DNA of 64,000 nucleotides, taken from an uncultured Verrucomicrobiae bacterium. GTDB taxonomy: Bacteria > Verrucomicrobiota > Verrucomicrobiia > Chthoniobacterales > JAFAMB01. Location of the stretch: contig CAVXLD010000003.1 in assembly GCA_963762565.1 (NCBI GenBank), positions 416,001-480,000 of the forward strand, given 5' to 3'. Of the stretch, positions 60,693 to 64,000 are shown piece by piece (position 1 is the first letter of the stretch; each line of letters begins with the position of its first letter). The notes under the pieces were generated by a model. That model was not told the DNA's origin, searched no databases, and saw only the letters and a program-made list of their open reading frames with translations. A program made the translations under genes and the position numbers.

Positions 60693-62612
60693 TTAGTCAG
60701 CAGCCTGTATCTCAGCCTGGAAGATTTCCAGAGCTTTTTGAATTAAGGGATCATTTTTGAAATTGTCCTCGGCATTGGTTGCCGGCTCGGTTTTCTCCGG
60801 GAAAACGATCGGAACTAAATCATCCCGAGTCTCTCCTTTGATACTCGTTGGTTCGCCTAATCTCTCGGTTAACAGTTGTTCGATGTATTTACGGTTGTTT
60901 GGCCTTAACAACGTCTCCATCGCCATGCCATGCTGAGAGGCGAACCCTAGCCGGAGCTCATGATGTAACAGGCTTACCGGTACCGCGACGGTGAAATACT
61001 CTTGGATCAAGGGCCGGCTTTTGCGCACTTCCGTTACAATGTCGATCCAGAGCCGATTAAGATCCGGCGCCCCCGTTGCGGACGCGGTAGGGATGAGCTT
61101 GTGCTCATCCGCTTTTGGGTCGACGGTTTGCGGTCCCGACTCCGACGAGCCGGAGCTGGTCCCTGCTATTTCTGGTTCAATCACAGGCGCCTCAGGCGTC
61201 CGTACCGCTTCGACGGCTGTGTTCTCATCGGTAGTCGCCGCGCGTTTTTCCGATACGGGTTCATGCTGAGCCTTCACGGCGCCGGCGTTCTCGCTCGTTC
61301 CCGGCCTGCCCGACGTAGCCTCCCGGCTTGCCGGAGGTAGCCTCTCGGAGTCTAAACGACGAGGCGAAGTCTGGAGTTTCGAAGACGGGGCGAAGTCTGG
61401 TGTTTCCAGGGTGCGCGCAGGTTCAATCACCAGGGGGGCCGTTTTGCTCTTTCCGCTGGAGGGCGGATTTGAGGGCCCCTGCCGCAACTCTTCCAGTGCG
61501 TCCAGGACCTGATCAAAGCCAACCTCGGCCAGACTTTGGACTGCTCGGATTATTGCTAGCTCCAGGTGTAGCTTTTTGTTAGTCGCCCATTTCAGGGTCG
61601 GTTCGACCTCAGAGAGAATCTCCATCAACCTCAGGAGCTGCCCTGTGCTCAGCTTCGCTTTCAGGCTGGTGGTGACCGCTTTCGCTTTCTCACTCTGCTC
61701 GTCTTGTAAGCTGCCGGCATCAACTTGAGCGATCAACAGCGAGCGCAAAAAATTCAGCAGATCCGATAACAGCTTGGAAAGGTCTTTACCGGCTTCTTGC
61801 TGCGCTTGGATCAGGTGCAATGCTTTTGTGGATTCGCGGGTAATGATGGCTTGGGTGAGATCGAGCACGACTTGCTCAGCGGTGAGGCCGAAAACCTCCA
61901 GTACCTGTTCCTCGGCAATGGACGCCCCGCAAAATGCCACCAACTGATCCAGCATGGACTCGGCATCCCGCAGCCCACCATCGGCAGCGGCGGCGATGGC
62001 ATTGGAAGCAGCAGTGGCCAAGGTGACGCCTTCCTGGATCGCGATGAAATTCAAATGCTCGGCAATAATCCGAGGCGGAATCCGGTGAAGATCGAATCGC
62101 TGGCAACGGCTCAGGATCGTCGGTAGAACCTTGTGTGGTTCGGTCGTGGCAAACACGAAAATCACGTGTTGCGGCGGTTCCTCCAGGGTTTTCAGCAGGG
62201 CGTTGAAAGCCTGCTGGGTGAGCATGTGGACCTCATCGATGATATAGACCTTGTAACGCCCTCGGACAGGGGCGAACCGGACGTTGTCCCGAAGCTCCCG
62301 CACTTGATCGACGCTGTTATTGCTCGCGCCGTCGATCTCGAGGACATCCAAGCTGATACCTAACGCGATTTCCCGGCAAGAATCGCAAACGCCGCACGGG
62401 GTCGGGGTAGGGCCGTGTACGCAATTCAGTGCTTTTGCCAAGATCCTGGCCGTCGAGGTCTTTCCCGTCCCTCTCGGACCAACAAACAAATAAGCGTGGG
62501 CCAGTCGACGCTGTTGGATCGCGTTCTTCAAAGTCTGCACCACATGGTCTTGACCCAAAACATCGTCAAAGATCTGTGGCCGATATTTGCGCGCAAAAAC
62601 CTGATAACTCAC
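60693..62612 (-). CDS. dnaX: DNA polymerase III subunit gamma/tau
   Basis: ARKYRPQ.F, GPRGTGKTS, IIDEVHML, SRC. Confidence 0.97.
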   Translation of the reverse strand: MSYQVFARKYRPQIFDDVLGQDHVVQTLKNAIQQRRLAHAYLFVGPRGTGKTSTARILAKALNCVHGPTPTPCGVCDSCREIALGISLDVLEIDGASNNSVDQVRELRDNVRFAPVRGRYKVYIIDEVHMLTQQAFNALLKTLEEPPQHVIFVFATTEPHKVLPTILSRCQRFDLHRIPPRIIAEHLNFIAIQEGVTLATAASNAIAAAADGGLRDAESMLDQLVAFCGASIAEEQVLEVFGLTAEQVVLDLTQAIITRESTKALHLIQAQQEAGKDLSKLLSDLLNFLRSLLIAQVDAGSLQDEQSEKAKAVTTSLKAKLSTGQLLRLMEILSEVEPTLKWATNKKLHLELAIIRAVQSLAEVGFDQVLDALEELRQGPSNPPSSGKSKTAPLVIEPARTLETPDFAPSSKLQTSPRRLDSERLPPASREATSGRPGTSENAGAVKAQHEPVSEKRAATTDENTAVEAVRTPEAPVIEPEIAGTSSGSSESGPQTVDPKADEHKLIPTASATGAPDLNRLWIDIVTEVRKSRPLIQEYFTVAVPVSLLHHELRLGFASQHGMAMETLLRPNNRKYIEQLLTERLGEPTSIKGETRDDLVPIVFPEKTEPATNAEDNFKNDPLIQKALEIFQAEIQAAD

Positions 62613-62685
62613 GCTGGCAAGTTAAGCTAAAATGGCGTGGTAAGCCAAGCCGGAGTGGGGGGCGAAAAGGGGTGGCGTGAGAGTA

Positions 62686-62996
62686 AGCGGTAAGCGGTAA
62701 GCAGTAAGCAGTATCGGAGCTAGGGGGGTCGCCACCCGTGGAGCGCTGCCTCGCTTGCGAGGCCGTGGTGAGCAAGGGACCTGGCAAACGCGTACCTTGG
62801 TGTCGGCAGGCGCTCTGTATCGCACAACGTAGGCCTATCACCCGAAAGAGCGTGGGCCGACGATCCGCATGTCACCTTATGAGCCTTGCTCACGACGGCC
62901 TCGCAAGCGAGGCAACGCTCCACGGGTGGCGGCCCCCTGCTCGCTCCCAAACCGCTTACTGCTTACTGCTTACTTCTTACTTCTTACTTCTTACTT
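62686..62996. repeat. Family A inverted doublet flanked by inverted heptamer tracts
   Basis: A arms 62724-62775 and 62886-62936; (GTAAGCG/A)n 62682-62712 and (CTTACTG/T)n 62954-62996. Confidence 0.85.
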
Positions 62997-63069
62997 TCGC
63001 GCCACCTCACGGCGCTCACCACCCCAATTCTGGCTTTCCTTTTCCCGGCGAATGCTGATCATTTGTCGC

Positions 63070-63261
63070 ATGCTCCCCACGGTCTTTCGTCTTTTGGCCT
63101 GGTTTATTGTTTTCTTGGGAGCCACCTTTTGTTGGATTGTCTTGATCGAGCATGGGCCGGATGACTTCGCTGAGGGGTGTAAGATTGAGGCCGCGAATTT
63201 CAAAGCGATTGTGACTCGTCTGGTTACCCCGCACTCAACAATTCAAGGTTTTAGGTTATAA
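63070..63261 (+). CDS. Small membrane protein
   Basis: 63 aa, one TM, F.W.VLIEHGP motif. Confidence 0.55.
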   Translation: MLPTVFRLLAWFIVFLGATFCWIVLIEHGPDDFAEGCKIEAANFKAIVTRLVTPHSTIQGFRL

Positions 63262-63271
63262 GTTTCAGGTT

Positions 63272-64000
63272 GTGCGGATTGTTTGTTTGAGCGCTGAGGC
63301 GGCCGACATCTGCTTTCGGCTAGGAGCCGAGGGGGATGTGGTCGGTGTCTCCTCCTTTGCTCCAAAGAAGCCCGAAAAACCGATCGTCTCCGGGTTTTCA
63401 CGGGGCAACATCGAAAACATCATTCGAGTGGATCCTGAGCTGGTGATCACGTTTTCCGATGTTCAGGCTGGTTTAGCGGAGGATCTGATCCGGGCTGGGG
63501 TACCGGTATTAGCATTGAATCATTTCACGGTAGCTGGAGTAGCGGACTCAGTTCGGTTATTGGGCCGAGTGCTCGGCCGGGTAGAGGCAGGTAAACAGCT
63601 GGCGGACCGATTCCTTACAGAACTGCTGGAGCGGACCTATTCTCCGGCGATCCGGCCCCGGATTTATTTCGAGGAATGGGACCGGCCGATGATTTCGGGA
63701 ATCCCCTGGATTTCGGAAATCATCCACATGGCAGGCGGCAACGATATTTTTGCCGGCCGTTCGGCAAAGAAAGCTGAGCAACGGACTGTAGAGATAAGAG
63801 ACGTGGTGGCGGCGAACCCACAGATTATCTTGGCTAGCTGGTGTGGCAAACCGGTCGACATCGACTCGATCCGCGCTCGAGAGGGATTTGAGGCGATCGA
63901 TGCCGTGCGCGATGGCCACATTTATGAGTTAGCGCCGGAGATCATCTTGCAAGCGGGTCCCAGTTTGGTCTCAGGGTTGGAGGCGATCGGAGCGATTGTT
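63272..64000 (+). CDS. Cobalamin/Fe-siderophore-type ABC substrate-binding protein (BtuF-like), 3' partial; absent from ORF track
   Basis: Manual translation MRIVCLSAEAADIC..LG...VVGVS...TFSDVQ...YFEEW..P.ISG..W.SE...AGG...ASWCGK; open to the window end. Confidence 0.88.
   Translation, partial: MRIVCLSAEAADICFRLGAEGDVVGVSSFAPKKPEKPIVSGFSRGNIENIIRVDPELVITFSDVQAGLAEDLIRAGVPVLALNHFTVAGVADSVRLLGRVLGRVEAGKQLADRFLTELLERTYSPAIRPRIYFEEWDRPMISGIPWISEIIHMAGGNDIFAGRSAKKAEQRTVEIRDVVAANPQIILASWCGKPVDIDSIRAREGFEAIDAVRDGHIYELAPEIILQAGPSLVSGLEAIGAIV

Noticed and set aside
61565..61585. Programmed -1 frameshift in dnaX
   Set aside because: Only C-AAA-AAG was seen, not A-AAA-AAG, and it lies within domain III with no clear downstream hairpin
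62612..63060. SRP RNA (ffs) or tRNA upstream of dnaX
   Set aside because: No SRP core motif or cloverleaf was found; the region is family A and heptamer repeats

Overview
Bacterial chromosomal segment; gene style and repeat content suggest a soil Verrucomicrobiota/Spartobacteria-like genome (inference). It has about 55 CDS and two tRNAs (Gly-CCC, Asn-GTT). Core and metabolic genes: malic enzyme, rnr, ppdK, acs, gltIJKL, ybaB-dnaX, a PAP2/ArnT-like/GT2/CDF envelope operon, a ROK-polyol dehydrogenase-sugar ABC locus and a PAS kinase with two single-domain response regulators. The left 4 kb is a rearranged accessory patch: vapBC, a deleted and frameshifted TIR-TM-TolB-like-TPR gene, a small-protein/nucleotidyltransferase pair and two orphan gene fragments. 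The most striking non-genic signal is a dense set of at least seven palindromic REP/REPIN/MITE-like families with no cognate transposase in the window. One family is amplified into a 43-bp tandem array and shows compensatory stem changes. Another is inserted in frame twice inside a ROK regulator and also overlaps the 3' end of tRNA-Gly. A 40-bp inverted repeat brackets tRNA-Asn. Other leads: an unrecognised structured 5' leader, a probable AUU start, an in-frame amber stop in a secreted protein, a halogenase/flavin reductase pair and a kinase-like protein lacking its ATPase domain. No CRISPR array, cas gene, integrase or transposase was found.
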